A DNA stretch of 60,545 nucleotides, filler included, from Sphacelaria rigidula (taxonomy: Eukaryota): NCBI GenBank assembly GCA_964200075.2. It is 9 parts of 9 records of this genome, joined end to end, with 100 filler letters (N's around TTAATTAATTAA, not from the genome) between each part and the next. Parts side by side here need not be neighbours in the genome. Positions count along the whole stretch, not along the records: positions 1 to 6,639 come from CAXNAA020018903.1; positions 6,740 to 13,378 come from CAXNAA020018904.1; 7 more parts are not named here. The stretch is one strand, 5' to 3'. The stretch's first letter is position 1. Each line of letters starts with the position of its first letter. Of this stretch, positions 1-12,139 are shown one piece after another. Made by a program: the position numbers and the translations under genes. Below the pieces are notes generated by a model. That model searched no databases, was not told the DNA's origin, and saw nothing but the letters and a program-made list of their open reading frames with translations.

Positions 1-24
1 AGGCATCCTGTATACAACTTGTCA

Positions 25-340
25 GTCCCGCATTAGCCCGAAGGTGGGAAAAATGTGCGGGCGCTCATCCCCAACAAGTTGGCCAAGCAAGTTGTACATG
101 ACGTTCCCGACTCATGATAAAAGGAAATGCGTGACATGTACAATATATGCATCCAAACTTTTAGCGCAGAGTTGACCTATGTGCCCATTATTTACCTCGG
201 AAGTCATGGAAGGTATGAAGCGAGAGCCTTCGGGTTATTCTGAGCCACGCACAAGCTAAGAAGCTGTATGAATTACAAATGATGTACGACTAGTATGATC
301 TATTCATTGAAATGATGGCTCTGAGTTGACTAAGAGTCAA
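25..340 (+). repeat. Diverged interspersed repeat, copy 1 (copy 2 at about 1430-1620)
   Basis: The blocks ccgcatt..ccgaaggtgggaaa and gaattacaa.tgatgt.cga...tattcattga.at...tgagttgact occur in the same order in both places. Confidence 0.55.
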
Positions 341-1429
341 CATGTCACATCGCCAAAAATTCTGAAACCATCGTGTGCGCAGTCGGTACCGTTACCGTTC
401 ACGGTACGGTAGGGTATCACAGTAATGTTCCATGTTATACGCCGCTGCTCTGCGTTGGGCTTATTCTGTTGTGGTAGGTGTAGTGAGCCCGTGAGTGTAG
501 TGTAGTGCAGCGTACAGTGTTGTATTGTGGGAGCACACAGTACGCTGCCGTGCTGGTTTGTGCGGAACTGTGCCATGATGTGCTGTAATGTGTATTGTAG
601 TCTAGTCTGGTGTAGCGTAGCGTAGCCTAGCCCAGCGTAGTGTATCCGTGTTGCTGTGCTATGCTTTGTTGGACCCGGACAAGGAAACTCCGAGTGGGTT
701 CCGTCAAGGTCTGTTTTTACACAGCAATTGCCAACTGCGGTGAACCACCGTACACCACTGCGCAACTTTGTTCACGATGTGCAATCTACAATATCCTCGA
801 TGTTTTTCCCCCGTACTATGGTACTGGCCACATCCCCTTCGCTGTCGATTAGTCTAAAGCAAAAAAAAGTGAATGGTGCTTCGCGACCCGGCACGGCGGA
901 GCAATTCGTACAGGTGCTTTCAGTACAATATTGCGTGTTTCCTTCCTGTGAGGTCCCAACACAACAGCATACGACCACGCCGTCGATGGTTCTTGGTTGG
1001 AAGAACGCATCTTTCCACCATTACGCAGAGGTACCGCTCGTGCACGGTACTAAGTACCGCTCGTGCACGGTACTAAACACCCGCGGCGAACTGCCACGCC
1101 TCCTTTTACCTGCCGGGTGTGGTGTTATGTTGACTCGCCATGATATGCAAGCAGTCATGCTGTATATACCGTTGGTCCGCTGAGTCGAGAGTGGATAACA
1201 CATATGCAGCGCATTACCGATGGGCAAAAAATACGCGTGATACAGGCCCCATGAACATGAAATGGCAGAATTCAACTCTTTGCTGAGTGTTGGTCCCACA
1301 TTCACTCGAGGGTGGATAACATATAACACGTTGTGCAGTGCAGGAATCTTGCGCGCATTACAGGTTTGAGAAAAGTGTGTGTGGTTCAGGCCCCATGACT
1401 GCAGATTAATTAACCTTGTTGACTTACGT

Positions 1430-1620
1430 AGGTGCCGCATTCATCCGAAGGTGGGAAACACATACCGGCGCTTACGTCGAACTTGCCGCACATGGCGTGC
1501 ATGTACAAGCCATTCACGCCTTGAGTCATGAAGAAGGGTTGACTGCGTGAATTACAACTGATGTGCGAACCGCATTATTTATTCATTGAGATTGTGACTT
1601 TGAGTTGACTCACGAGTTGA
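1430..1620 (+). repeat. Diverged interspersed repeat, copy 2
   Basis: Colinear similarity to 25-340, with internal deletions. Confidence 0.55.
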
Positions 1621-2455
1621 TTTGCCCTAACCGTGAACTTGTGTCAATCGATACTGGCTTTGGATGTCGCTTCTGACGTTGCCTTTGGTCGGGCCGATTC
1701 CGTTCTTCATTCAACAATTTTTGTCAAGGCTTTCTCTTTGATTCATAGCGATTTCCGGGAAACAATGTTTGGGGCACATTATTTGGCGCATATTGAGAGG
1801 CGCATATTGAGATGCAAAACAGTAGCCGCCGCGCCGTGGTGGTCCAAGATGTAACATACACCGACGACCTGCTAGAGCGGAAGGTGTCAAGTCAGAGCGC
1901 TGACAAATGTAGGCTTTTGGGGAATAATCTCGTACGCGCCGTTGAATGAGCGAGTGCTCGAGTTGTAAAAACAAGTTCGGCGGAGTCCATGGGGCGCGGA
2001 TGTGCTGATTTCTAACCCTTGATGGCATACTGTCTGGTATGTATTTTGGGGAGACATGGGTTGACCCTTGAGAGTACGGACTTGTCCCGAGGAGGGGTAG
2101 GGACTGGAGTCACGACATGAAAACATTGAATGCACACTGTCCTCATCAGATGCCACGATCACGAACAACTGGAATGAACCTCTTGATGCAATCTTTTTCA
2201 CAATGTCATTGTCTACCGATTCTGAAAGGTTGCCTTTATTTCACGACACTTCGAGGCTGCTCGACCTAGGACATGAAGCGAAACAGATCTCTCGAATTTC
2301 TTACTGAGCCGGGCACTGTGCTGTACATTCCGTGTTGACACAAATTGGGCTGATACTGGTATTCCTCCCGAACACACAAAACATTCATCCCCCCCCCTCC
2401 CGCCCTCCCCGGACGATTTTTTTGCATCTATTCTGACACTCACAACGCTCGAAAG

Positions 2456-3955
2456 ATATGCGGTGGTATAGCGAGTATGATCCACCCGGAAGTGACCAAC
2501 CGGCCATCGGCATCGGAAGTGGCCTTCCTTTTTAAATGCTGGAGTTTGCGGGCAGGCGCAGGCGACCAAGATGTGCCCGCCCATTTAGCCCTCCACATGA
2601 CCACGGCGGCAGGAGAGGAGGCCACGTCACCGTCAACGGTAGCGTCAGATTCTGCGGTGGCGAGAGCGGCAACCAGGATCGCCACAAGGTGGCGGTGCTT
2701 TAAGGAGCGTCACTTCCTTCGCCGAGATCCGAAGTGGGTGGAGTACGATGCAGCCTTCACCCGCGACAACAACTCGTCGGCGGCTGCGGCATTGCCGGCG
2801 GTGACGACGGCGACCAAAGCATCATCAGCTGCATTAGGGACGGTCATCGCCGCTACCGCACCGCCACCGTCGCCGCCACCACCACCACCGCCCACTGCGG
2901 TAATACACGTTACCGATCTTGAAGCCGAGTTCTTTGCTTTGGCTGTGAATCAAGATCAAGCTGAGCTGAACGCCGCTGATGGCGCAGGGACCCGGGCGAC
3001 GAGGGCAGCAGAGGCTGCGCTCAAGCGCATCTTGCGCATCGGCATCCCGTCGCGCGAACGTGGGACAAACTCGAACGTCCAGTCGACGCCGCCAGGCGCC
3101 GATGAGGTTGTCTTGCGGCCGGCACCCGTGGCGGGAATCACTCGGACCGGGGCGGCGGCGGTGGAAGCAGCGGAGATCAACTTGAAGCGGTTGTTGGGAA
3201 TCGCTCCGTACTGCCGAACGAATCCGACGCCGCCAGCCTCTCGTGGCTGTCCCGTACCGCCGAGCGGGCCGGCGGCCGACGCAAGCGGTGACCAGGGGTG
3301 GAACGATGATGAGTGGGGACATTTTGTCTTCATTAATTCCCCTTGTGAGGAGAAGAGGGGCCCCGAGGAGGTTTCGCTGCCGCCTCCGTCAGCATCGCCG
3401 GCTGCTGGTCGCGGGCTTGTTGATGAGCGACTGTTGTCACCGCTTCCATCGCCTTCGCACTGTAAGGGTGTGAAACAACAGCAGGACAGTAGAAGGGCAG
3501 AGGTGTGCCTCAAGACCGCCCTCGGCAAGCCGCCCGCTACATCCCAGCCGGTCACCAACATCATGTCCAGGAGTACCATAACCGCGGATCTCACTCCGCC
3601 GAAGAGCGGGGGCGAAAGCTACAAGCCGAAAGACACGGCAAGAGCTCCAGTTCACGCCCGGGTTCCCTGGTTCCAAACAGTGGCCCCAGCCACGCGTCGC
3701 GAGATCCCTGGCTCCCAGCCGGTGGCTTACGGCCCGGGTCGCTCGAACGCAATGCTGTACCGCGACCCGAACGCCGGAATCGAAAGGGAGGGAGGCGGGT
3801 TCGATGACTTCGGCTTAGGGCGATCGGAATGGGGTGAGGGCGGGGGCGGGAGCGGGGTCAGCAGATTCTACCCTTTCGGGATGTTTGGGGCCGACCTGCG
3901 CATTTGGGGAACTGGTTGGGGTGTCGAAGGACCGTTTCATGTTGAACGGTGGTGA
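2456..3955 (+). CDS. Probable terminal exon of a protein kinase: subdomain XI end, IQ-like motif and long low-complexity tail
   Basis: 1.5-kb GC-rich ORF preceded by a pyrimidine-rich tract, a CTGAC branch point (2433-2437) and an AAG acceptor (2453-2455). It starts ICGGIASMIHPEVTNRPSASEV, resembling the kinase XI pattern ML.PDP..RPSA.E, followed by AATRIATRWRCFKER (IQ-like). No upstream kinase exons were recognised in this contig. Confidence 0.55.
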   Translation: MCGGIASMIHPEVTNRPSASEVAFLFKCWSLRAGAGDQDVPAHLALHMTTAAGEEATSPSTVASDSAVARAATRIATRWRCFKERHFLRRDPKWVEYDAAFTRDNNSSAAAALPAVTTATKASSAALGTVIAATAPPPSPPPPPPPTAVIHVTDLEAEFFALAVNQDQAELNAADGAGTRATRAAEAALKRILRIGIPSRERGTNSNVQSTPPGADEVVLRPAPVAGITRTGAAAVEAAEINLKRLLGIAPYCRTNPTPPASRGCPVPPSGPAADASGDQGWNDDEWGHFVFINSPCEEKRGPEEVSLPPPSASPAAGRGLVDERLLSPLPSPSHCKGVKQQQDSRRAEVCLKTALGKPPATSQPVTNIMSRSTITADLTPPKSGGESYKPKDTARAPVHARVPWFQTVAPATRREIPGSQPVAYGPGRSNAMLYRDPNAGIEREGGGFDDFGLGRSEWGEGGGGSGVSRFYPFGMFGADLRIWGTGWGVEGPFHVERW

Positions 3956-4039
3956 TTGGTCTCCGCCCTGGGTGCCGACCAACAGGATGCGGGTGCGTTT
4001 CGGAAAAGAGTCGTGTGATTGGATCCCATCTGTGTAGAG

Positions 4040-4678
4040 ACAAGACGACCTGGTCAAGGTTGCAATGAGGGCTTGCTTGTGTGAGAGATCTTCTCCACCG
4101 AGGGTATGAGCACGCCACAGTGAATGTTCGTAATCGTTGAGGGCGTGGGTGGTGGTGGGGGGGGTGTAGACGTCAGCATTGGTGTGCTTGATCTTTCTTC
4201 GGCAAGAGAAACACAAGTGGGGTTGTACGTGCCGTGCCCACAGAGTGGAGATATAGGGCTTGAAGTCGGTATCTAAACTGCGGCCGTTCAGTTTTTCCGA
4301 TGGAATATAAAAGGGGAGATGGCGTGGGATTGGGCACCCACATGACCTAAATAGCCTACGTTATTGTGTACAGAAAAGACCGCCCGGTCAGGGTTGCAGT
4401 CAGGGCTTGCTCATGTCGAAGATCTTCTCCATCGAGGGTATGAGCGCGCCACAGTGAATGTTCGTAATCGTTGAGGGCGTGGGGGAGGGTAGGTTGTAGG
4501 TGTCAGCGTTGGTGTGCTTGATCTTTCTTCGGCAACAGAAACACACGTGGGGTTGGACGTCTCATTTCCCGAAAATTGACGACATGGGGTTTGAAGTCGG
4601 TATCCAAACTGCGACCATCCAGTTTTCCCGATGGAATATGAAAGGGGGGGTGGCGTAGGATTGGGCACCCACATGACC
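4040..4678 (+). repeat. Diverged tandem duplication, about 330-bp period, 2 copies
   Basis: 4040-4347 and about 4372-4678 align throughout, e.g. gatcttctcca.cgagggtatgag, gtgaatgttcgtaatcgttgagggcgtggg, ttgggcacccacatgacc. Confidence 0.9.
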
Positions 4679-4859
4679 GCATCGGAATTTGAACTTCGCT
4701 AAGGTTAGGGTTGGGGTTAGGGTTGGGGTTAGTGTTGGATTGTGATCAGGGGCGTGGTCCCTGCAGGGACTGGCCCGATTGGTTTTGGAAAATGTGGATC
4801 GTGAGGTATTTCAAGCCACGGCGCGGTCCTCTAAGCACGCGGTCCTCTCACGCATTACA
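4675..4859. mobile_element. TG..CA MITE with telomere-like repeats; left TIR mostly deleted
   Basis: Reverse-complement homolog of 21344-21542. The TIR aagcacgcggtcctctcacgcattaca is intact, and there is an internal ggttagggttggggttagggttggggttag tract. Confidence 0.8.
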
Positions 4860-6574
4860 TAATCTGCGTCAGGCTTGGCTTCAGCACGCCGACAACCCTC
4901 ATGCCATAGGGCAGTTGAAAGAGATGGTGAAAGACACACGCGCCGATCGAGAGACAGGGGGGTACGAATAACGATACTGGGGCGTCAACATACAGGCTGG
5001 GAGATGGCAAGGAGGGCAGAATATCCTTGTAGAGAGTACGGGCACATCTTACAGATAGTAATGTCACGGCTTCAAAACTTTAGAGAGCATGTGGTATTTT
5101 TTTGCGTGGGTGGATGTGCTGCGAGTGGGGGCGGGAAGAAGCTTCTGAGATTGAGGGCATGTTCTCGGAATGATTTCGTTCGCCACGCGGTCGCGACGCT
5201 TAATACGCATGTTGCGTGTGGTCGCGCTGGCCACTTGTGTGAGTCATTTGCGACAAGCCAACCGTTAGGCACGACTCATCACTCACGAACGTCGACCGCA
5301 ACGTCTGACTGTACATGGTAGAATCAAGCCGGCAAGGAAGCCGCAGCGATTGAGCAGTTCTCTCGTCATTGCAATCAAGGTTTGTGCCGTGAAGACTTTT
5401 TGTGGACCCACAGGAACGTTCCCTGCCGACAGAATACATAAATAACGATCGAACGATCATCTCCCATCATCGCGATGGAGCATCTTCAGAGCTTTGCTTG
5501 GGGTCCAGGACGCGTTTGCTTGCGATAAGCAGATAATGACATAATCCGTGATTCCTCCCACTCAGCACACGAGCCTGTCATCGTTTGTACGGATGTCACT
5601 GCCGCCTACATGTCGCGCCAACAGTGCTACATCCACCTCACAGAATTGAAAGGCGCCGCACCACATGGCACCATAAATGCAACGCTTGACCACACGACAA
5701 CTCAGAGGTTCCTTCAGTGGAGGACGTGAATTGCTGGCTGAGATTATATGTAACTCCCCACGAGTTAGTCTTCGTCTCGAACGATTCAACAACAGTACGT
5801 CTATGGTCGTGCTCATTGCTCGCTTGAGCCACGAAGGGACTTGCTCACCTATCTTTCTTGAATGGTCAAGATTGATGAAAGCTAGCTCTGGCTCGAGTGC
5901 CGTCCGAAGTCAAACGATGTATCCAACACCCATGGGTTGAGCATGTCGGATGATGAGATTTGCCCCATCTCTCTCTAGTGTTTGGAAGCTGCGCTGTACT
6001 GCTGTAGCATCGAGGTTTTGGCCCACTTTTTTACGAAGAGATCATGGTTTATTTACGAAACTCTACCCATTCGTCTGCCATGCTGTCCCGAAATTTGAAC
6101 GAGTTGCGGACTCACTTGCCGGTCACCAAGGGTCCAGCTGGCGCACATCTCCTGCATCGAACGTCGTGCTGGACCGCATCAATCTCGGTCGAGTTTTGTA
6201 ACGATTCTGGTTGAACCGAGGTTTCCAACTTCAAGGATGGAGTGTGCTGTTATAGGAGCGAAACGGCAAGAGATTCCGCTACTCTCTAGCGATGTTTCGA
6301 TGTTTCGGAAGCTAGTTTTGAATTGAGAGTTTGTACTTTTCCGAGGAGGGCGTTTGAGCAGCATCGAGTGATGGATCAGATCATCCAGACACGACAGACA
6401 CCAGCATGGTATACGTTCCCCGAACGGCGTTTTTGCTCCGGATCAAACTCGAACAAGATGAAGACTGGCCGGCAATTTCGGGTCGGGACTTCTGCGCTTC
6501 CTCGGCAATGACACTCTGTGGGTACCCCTCTGGCTCGAATCGATCCCACTTGCATTTGTGACTCATTTAGATAA

Positions 6575-6639
6575 TAACAACAAATTGTGAGAATTGAGGT
6601 TTAACTTCGAGATGAGGCTCAAGCCTAAAACAGTGCTTT
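6575..6639 (+). mobile_element. Diverged terminus of the foldback MITE family seen at 7737-8152
   Basis: gaattgaggtttaacttcgagatgaggctcaagcctaaaacagtgcttt resembles taaaatgaggttcatcaataaaatgaggtttaagcccaaaacaatacttt. The contig ends here. Confidence 0.5.
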
Positions 6640-6739
6640 NNNNNNNNNNNNNNNNNNNNNNNNNNNNNNNNNNNNNNNNNNNNTTAATTAATTAANNNNN
6701 NNNNNNNNNNNNNNNNNNNNNNNNNNNNNNNNNNNNNNN
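6640..6739. other. Artificial contig spacer
   Basis: N44-TTAATTAATTAA-N44; gives stop codons in all six frames. Confidence 0.98.
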
Positions 6740-7736
6740 GTTCTTGCAAGTCCAAGACTCCTTTCAATGCACTTTTAATTTGAAAATCGTCCAGAACATC
6801 ACACTTCCATTCCCCCGCCGACGAGGACGCCAGCACTGAGAAAGACGTCCGAGGGGCACGGTCAAACATCACGTGATACGGCGTACTATCGTACCGACGG
6901 CGATATGCTGTATTTAGCGCCCATTGCACAGCAGGCAACACGTCCACCCACTCGGTCACCTCTCGACGCTTCTCGAGAAGGATGGAGCGAAGAGCACGAA
7001 CTACATATTTTACCATGCGTTCGCACGTACCGTTAGACCACGGAGAATACGCTGCCGCAAACCCGTGCCCAACAGCGGAGAGTGACTGCGTCGTGGGTAC
7101 ACAAAAGTTCGACTTGGCGATCGACGAAGGAAACGGTTTACTGAACCCTCTCGCGATAAAAAAGAAAGGCAAGCATACCTATATTTCGGTCGTCGATATC
7201 ATAAATTGTATGACGTGTAGTAGTTGTCAATAGCTACCACCAGTAGGGATCAACGCGCAAAGCCTCTCGCAACCGAGCCAAGATCGCATTCTTAAAATGC
7301 GTGGCGGTATCACTCACTCACACACGGGGCACCCCCAAACTTTTGCACCAATTCAGCAAAGACGCGGCAGTCGATTCGGTAGTACACACGGCTACTGGTT
7401 CCAGAGCCACAAAATTGCTCAAATCATCCCTGATGACCAAAATATATCGGAACCCAGCATCCTCCGACAAACCTTGGGAAGCTAGCGGGCCACTCTCGCC
7501 CACGTGCAAGAAGTCAAAATGAACGATTTCATTCGGCGTGGTCCCATGGACCGTTTCACCGAGCGGGCGGGGAACAACATCGCCCGCCCTCGAGTCGGCA
7601 CAGTGAAGACACTGGCGGACAAATTTGCGCACATAGGCTTCTATCCCCTGCCAGACACAAAACTCTTGCAAGCGCACGAGCGTCGCAGCCACACCACGAT
7701 GTCCGGCATCGCGCATGTGCGCACAAATCATCAAAC
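6740..7736 (-). pseudogene. pol: Gypsy integrase (HHCC plus catalytic core), interrupted by a 181-bp insertion
   Basis: AHMRDAGHRG...CLHC zinc finger; VHFDFLHV; SDTA; AAYSPWSNGTCERM; WVDVLPAVQWALNT...TPYHVMF. Confidence 0.92.
7068..7248. mobile_element. 181-bp insertion with CCC..GGG ends and no TSD
   Basis: Removing it rejoins the integrase as LREALRVD|HGFAAAYSPW. Ends are cccaacagcgg and ccaccagtaggg. Confidence 0.7.
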
Positions 7737-8152
7737 AACAGACAATTCTATAAAATGAGGTTCATCAATAAAATGAGGTTTAAGCCCAAAACAATACTTT
7801 CCCCACACTTTCAGCGATGGTGCCCAATGACTTTCTTGTTGGCCTAATGCCCCTTGATCGCGTAGATACTTCTTCAGCGCGTTTTACCGACTCTGTGAGC
7901 TAACAGCGCTGCTCGAAACCGTCATTTCCCCTGATGTTTTCAGGGGGGGTGATATCAGGGGAAATGACGGTTTCGAGCAGCGCTGTTAGCTCACAGAGTC
8001 GGTAAAACGCGCTGAAGAAGTATCTACGCGATCAAGGGGCATTAGGCCAACAAGAAAGTCATCGGGCATCATCGCTGAAAATGTGGAGAAAGTATTGTTT
8101 TGGGCTTAAACCTCATTTCATTGATGAACCTCATTTTATAGAACTGTCTGTT
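7737..8152. mobile_element. Foldback MITE: 199-bp arms, 18-nt loop, 4-bp TSD AAAC
   Basis: 7737-7935 is the reverse complement of 7954-8152 with about 6 mismatches. Removing it plus one AAAC restores QLQVRLMICAH in pol. Confidence 0.95.
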
Positions 8153-9066
8153 AAACGTACCTGCAACTGCTTGTCAGAACTCGGAATCCACAAACCGTTT
8201 CGGCAACGCACATGCACACGGAACAGACCTTCATTGTCCAAGATAGCAGTACCAACGTCCGACTCGAAAGATTGCACATCCGCGTCTTCGGCCCCAAGGT
8301 CTTTTCGTTGCGCTTGGCGGACAACAGATCTGGACGGCATCGAGTCATCAGGTTCGCACGGACCATACACAGCCACAGCGCGCGCAGGAAAAGTGAGAAT
8401 ATTTACCCAGCGCGACAGCGAGTCACCCCACGCGTTACGCTCACCCGAAATATGACAAATTGTGTACCGATACTGTCCTAATACTCCTTTCCACCCCTCC
8501 AATCGCTGTGCCAACGCCTCCGACACAGACGTCACGCATGCCTCCGGGTTGAAAATGTACACTAGATTTCGGTTATCCGTGAAAATGTGTACGCCATTCC
8601 ACAATAGATGCTCGAGACGACGAAAAGTGCTCACGATAGCAAAACCTTCCTTGTCAATGGTTGTCCAACGCATCTGTGAACCTTTGAAATTACCATTCAG
8701 AAAAGCCAGCGGTTCATGCGTCATGTCTTCAACCGGCAACCATGGTTGCATTTCTGCATCAGGCACCTGCGTTACAAAACTACCCCAATGGCAGTCGGAT
8801 GCATCCGGAAACATCAGCACCTGGCGACCGGGGCGGGGATGGAACAGCGCCACGGCATGAGCCACCAGATCCTTCGCTGCGGCCCATGCCTGCAGCCTGT
8901 CCTCCGTCCACGAGGCGGGTGGAATAACACGATTTTGTGCCACTCGCTTCGTGCGCCTTGCAGCCCCCACCATGAGTTCCTCTAGAAAACCGCGTAAGGG
9001 CGCCACTACTTCGGACATACGTGGCAACGAGGAACGCAACCAGTTCATTGCGTGCAGGAAAAACAT
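8153..9066 (-). pseudogene. pol: Gypsy RT connection and RNase H
   Basis: MFPDASDCHWGSFVTQ, TTIDKEGFAIV, IFTDNRNL, HISGERNAWGDSLSRW. Confidence 0.92.
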
Positions 9067-10274
9067 TGCATTAATTCTGCAGCTGTTTCTGGACGCCGCA
9101 TGTCAGACAAACCTTGCAAGCGAACCGGATCATGCGAGACGCGGCCGTGTGAGTATACTTTCCCATACCACACTAGTTCACTAGCAAAAAAGGTACACTT
9201 GTGGGCAGCTGGAAACAGACCAACACTCTCTAAGCGAGCCAAAATTACATCAAGCGTATCCAACAGTTCGTCTTCCGTATCCGCGAAGAAAAAGACATCA
9301 TCCACACAAATCTTGCATTTCAAGCCATCTAAAAGGTCTACCATGACACCTTGAAAATAGGAAGTAGCGTTCAACACGTCTTGCGATACTCTTTGCGGGG
9401 TAAGCATGCCAAACAGAGTCGTGATTGTGAATATCTCTTGCGCCTCTTCGGTCAACGGCATCTGCCAGTACCCCTGTAGGAGGTCCAACTTACCGAACCA
9501 TCGCGCACTCAACAGGTCTATCATGTCAGATTCCTGATTGGGCATGACACCCGGCGACTTCTCCACCTGATCGTTGACGGCTCCGTAATCGCTGACAAGA
9601 CGGAAAGAGTCCTTCTTCGGCACCGCCATTGCTGGACTGGACCACACCGCCTGTAAATTCCTGAACATCAACCCAAACGCCACAAGAGCTCCCATGTAAG
9701 AAGCTAACCAACTGGACTTTACCACATCATACCTCCTCGGTTTTGCCTTCACCGCGGCCGCCCCTGGCTTCAGTGTAACCCTCATGGGTTCCACGTGCGC
9801 AGGAGGATCACCCCTCAGCGCACGACGAAACCCGTTAACGTGGCGATACAGTATGCCACGTAAGCGCTCCGCTTTTGAGACGTCGAGGCCATTTTCCACA
9901 GCATCCGTCACGCTTTCCTCAAGCGCAGCCTTTCGCGCGGACTCTTCCTCCGCCGGCTCCATAAACATATCGGGGCCACGCTCCACCAAGCGTTCCACTG
10001 CCTCATCACGCTCCTCGGACACCTGCCCCCCCGCCTCCTGGAGAGCATAAACCGACAAGCTCACTCTGCGACTTGCCAAAAAAGCAGGCGTCTTGACACT
10101 CGAACCGGGCGACGGCATTTGCGTTTTCAGGGACTCCAACAACCGATCATACGGATCGACTCCGAGTTCCCGAAGCGTCGGTAGGCCCAACAGAACGACA
10201 CCATCCGTCCCCGGCGTGATCGCGAACGATATTGGGGATAATTTTGCTAGCCCCCAAGTAGTCAGGAACGCCAA
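9045..10274 (-). pseudogene. pol: Gypsy reverse transcriptase
   Basis: WSSPAMAVPKKDSFRLVSDY, KLDLLQGYWQMPL, ICVDDVFFF (degenerate YxDD). A frameshift leads into the RNase H ORF. Confidence 0.93.
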
Positions 10275-10528
10275 GTGGGAATCGTACGCTCCGTCACATT
10301 TATACGTGGCCCCGATGCGGTGATGGCCTGCCGCGCCCCGAGCGAAAACGGAATTCGGATTCGCTCACCGGGGAGTAGACCCTCCAGCATCTCCACAATT
10401 AGCACCCATACGCCCGTAAAGTAGGCGCCTAAATCTAACACCGCGTTGACCGATATAGCGCCCCACCCCCGTTGATCGGGGAGATATAACTCGGCAGGAA
10501 CATAATTGTCTTGGTCCTCGAGCGGCAA
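10262..10528 (-). pseudogene. pol: Gypsy aspartic protease remnant
   Basis: VNAVLDLGAYFTGV is a degenerate D-S/T-G-A motif in the expected position between gag and RT. Confidence 0.75.
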
Positions 10529-11024
10529 TTGCTCCGCCGACTAATGGGTTGTAATCCCCACTTGGCGCCTCGGCTGCGCGCTCGGTGCAGGCAGAGACGC
10601 CCCCGCTGGGGTCACCGGCACCGCCGGCGGGTACGAAGCCCCGCCCGCAGAACCAAATTGCAGCGGTACCCCGGTCGACGCAGCAGCCGATCCAAATTTC
10701 AGCTGAAAACCGGCCGGCTCCGCAGCCGGCGTCTCGCCTTGCTCTGCTGCCGGCGGCACCGGCACCGAGCCCGACACTAGAGAGGTCGGGCCCACCTGCA
10801 CCGCCCGTTGTGGAGTGGCGGCTCCTGCGGCAGAGCCGGACCCAGAACCAGACCCCTGCTGACGCCGCTGCCCCTGCTGCTGCTGCTGCTGCTGCTGGGA
10901 ACTCGACTGTGCACCTCCACCGCTGGAGGATTTGCCGCTGCCGCCACCACGACTACCTCGTCTTTTGTGATTGCGAGGGCGCGCGGCACTCGTCTGCCCA
11001 GACTCCCCCTCAGAAGGTGATGGG

Positions 11025-11827
11025 CACTTCCGTGCGATGTGATCGACCTGGCCACACTGAAAGCAAATAAAATTGGATGCGGCACTGCCTGCGGATTTTG
11101 ATCCGCGGTTACGCGAGCTCGAAGACTGCGGCGACGAAGTGGATAATTTTCCGAATACTTCGACCCGCCGCTATGCCTGAGCTTCAGCCACCACGGTATC
11201 CATGACTAAATACGGGTCCGACTTCCAATTTGTTTCGTGCTGTAACTGTACAAGCACGGCCTGCTTAAATTCCGCCGGTGCCAGACCCTCCACCATCGCT
11301 TTGGTGACCACCGCAGCGGGCCCTGGGCGAAATTTCCCATCGGACGAACGATAAATCATCTCCACGTTGGGATTTTCCGAAAAATACGTTTCCAACTTAC
11401 CCATTATGGGCTCCACCCTCTCACGCATGGTCCTCCCCTTGTGGTTCATTGCGACAGCCTTTGCCACGGCTGCGGACACCTGAGTAAGCTCTACCTCCGC
11501 GCCTGCCGCATGCCCTACGTGCTTGTTTATCGCTGCGGCAAACTGCAGCGGCGTTATGGTATGCTTTTCATGGAACCGTCTCGCGAAGATGCGTTGCAAG
11601 GGTGTTGGTACAAATTGCGCCATCGAAACCACCTGATGCCTCACCGCACCCCCTGCATTCGCATGCGCCACCCTCCTTTTGTATTCCATGTATCTCGTGT
11701 AAAACGATCGAGAGGCACCCTCAGAACATAAACTCCCGTAACTGGGCGGTCGCAACTCTTCCCTTTGAACGACTGGGGTTACAGTCGTTTCTGCTGGCTC
11801 TATTGTCGGTACCTCCATAGTCGACAT
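11025..11827 (-). pseudogene. gag: Gypsy gag with CCHC zinc knuckle; premature TAG at 11171-11173
   Basis: Reading through the stop gives CFQCGQVDHIARKC (CX2CX4HX4C). Homologous to the gag at 19466. Confidence 0.88.
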
Positions 11828-12139
11828 TCTTGAGCCTAAATCGAAGGTTTCTCAAACCTTCTGGAACTTCAGTTCACACCTGCCTGCTTCGCCGCTCCAA
11901 CACAGCCCTGGGGTCGTATAATCACCCGCTGTGCACAGCTCCAGCAAGTCTCCAGCCTGGGTCAAGCACGGGCCAGCCGCCTTTTCAGCTACCTCAGCTT
12001 GATGCCTCCTCACGCGTCCGTGAAGCTCTGTGCCCAAAGCTAATCACTAGTCGTCCAGAATCTCCCTGCTAAATGTTTTAAGCAGTTGCAAACGATAGCA
12101 TCTACTATAGCACGCCAGCACTAGCACTAATATCGATAT

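Noticed and set aside
480..660. Structured repeat or array
   Set aside because: A degenerate (TGTAG)n-like microsatellite with no fixed spacers.
4700..4735. True telomere or chromosome end
   Set aside because: Only about 5 imperfect units, internal to a MITE.
4860..6570. Decayed coding region
   Set aside because: Short ORFs with no recognisable motif in any frame.
6684..6695. Biological TTAA/PacI motif
   Set aside because: A synthetic six-frame stop linker, identical in all eight gaps.
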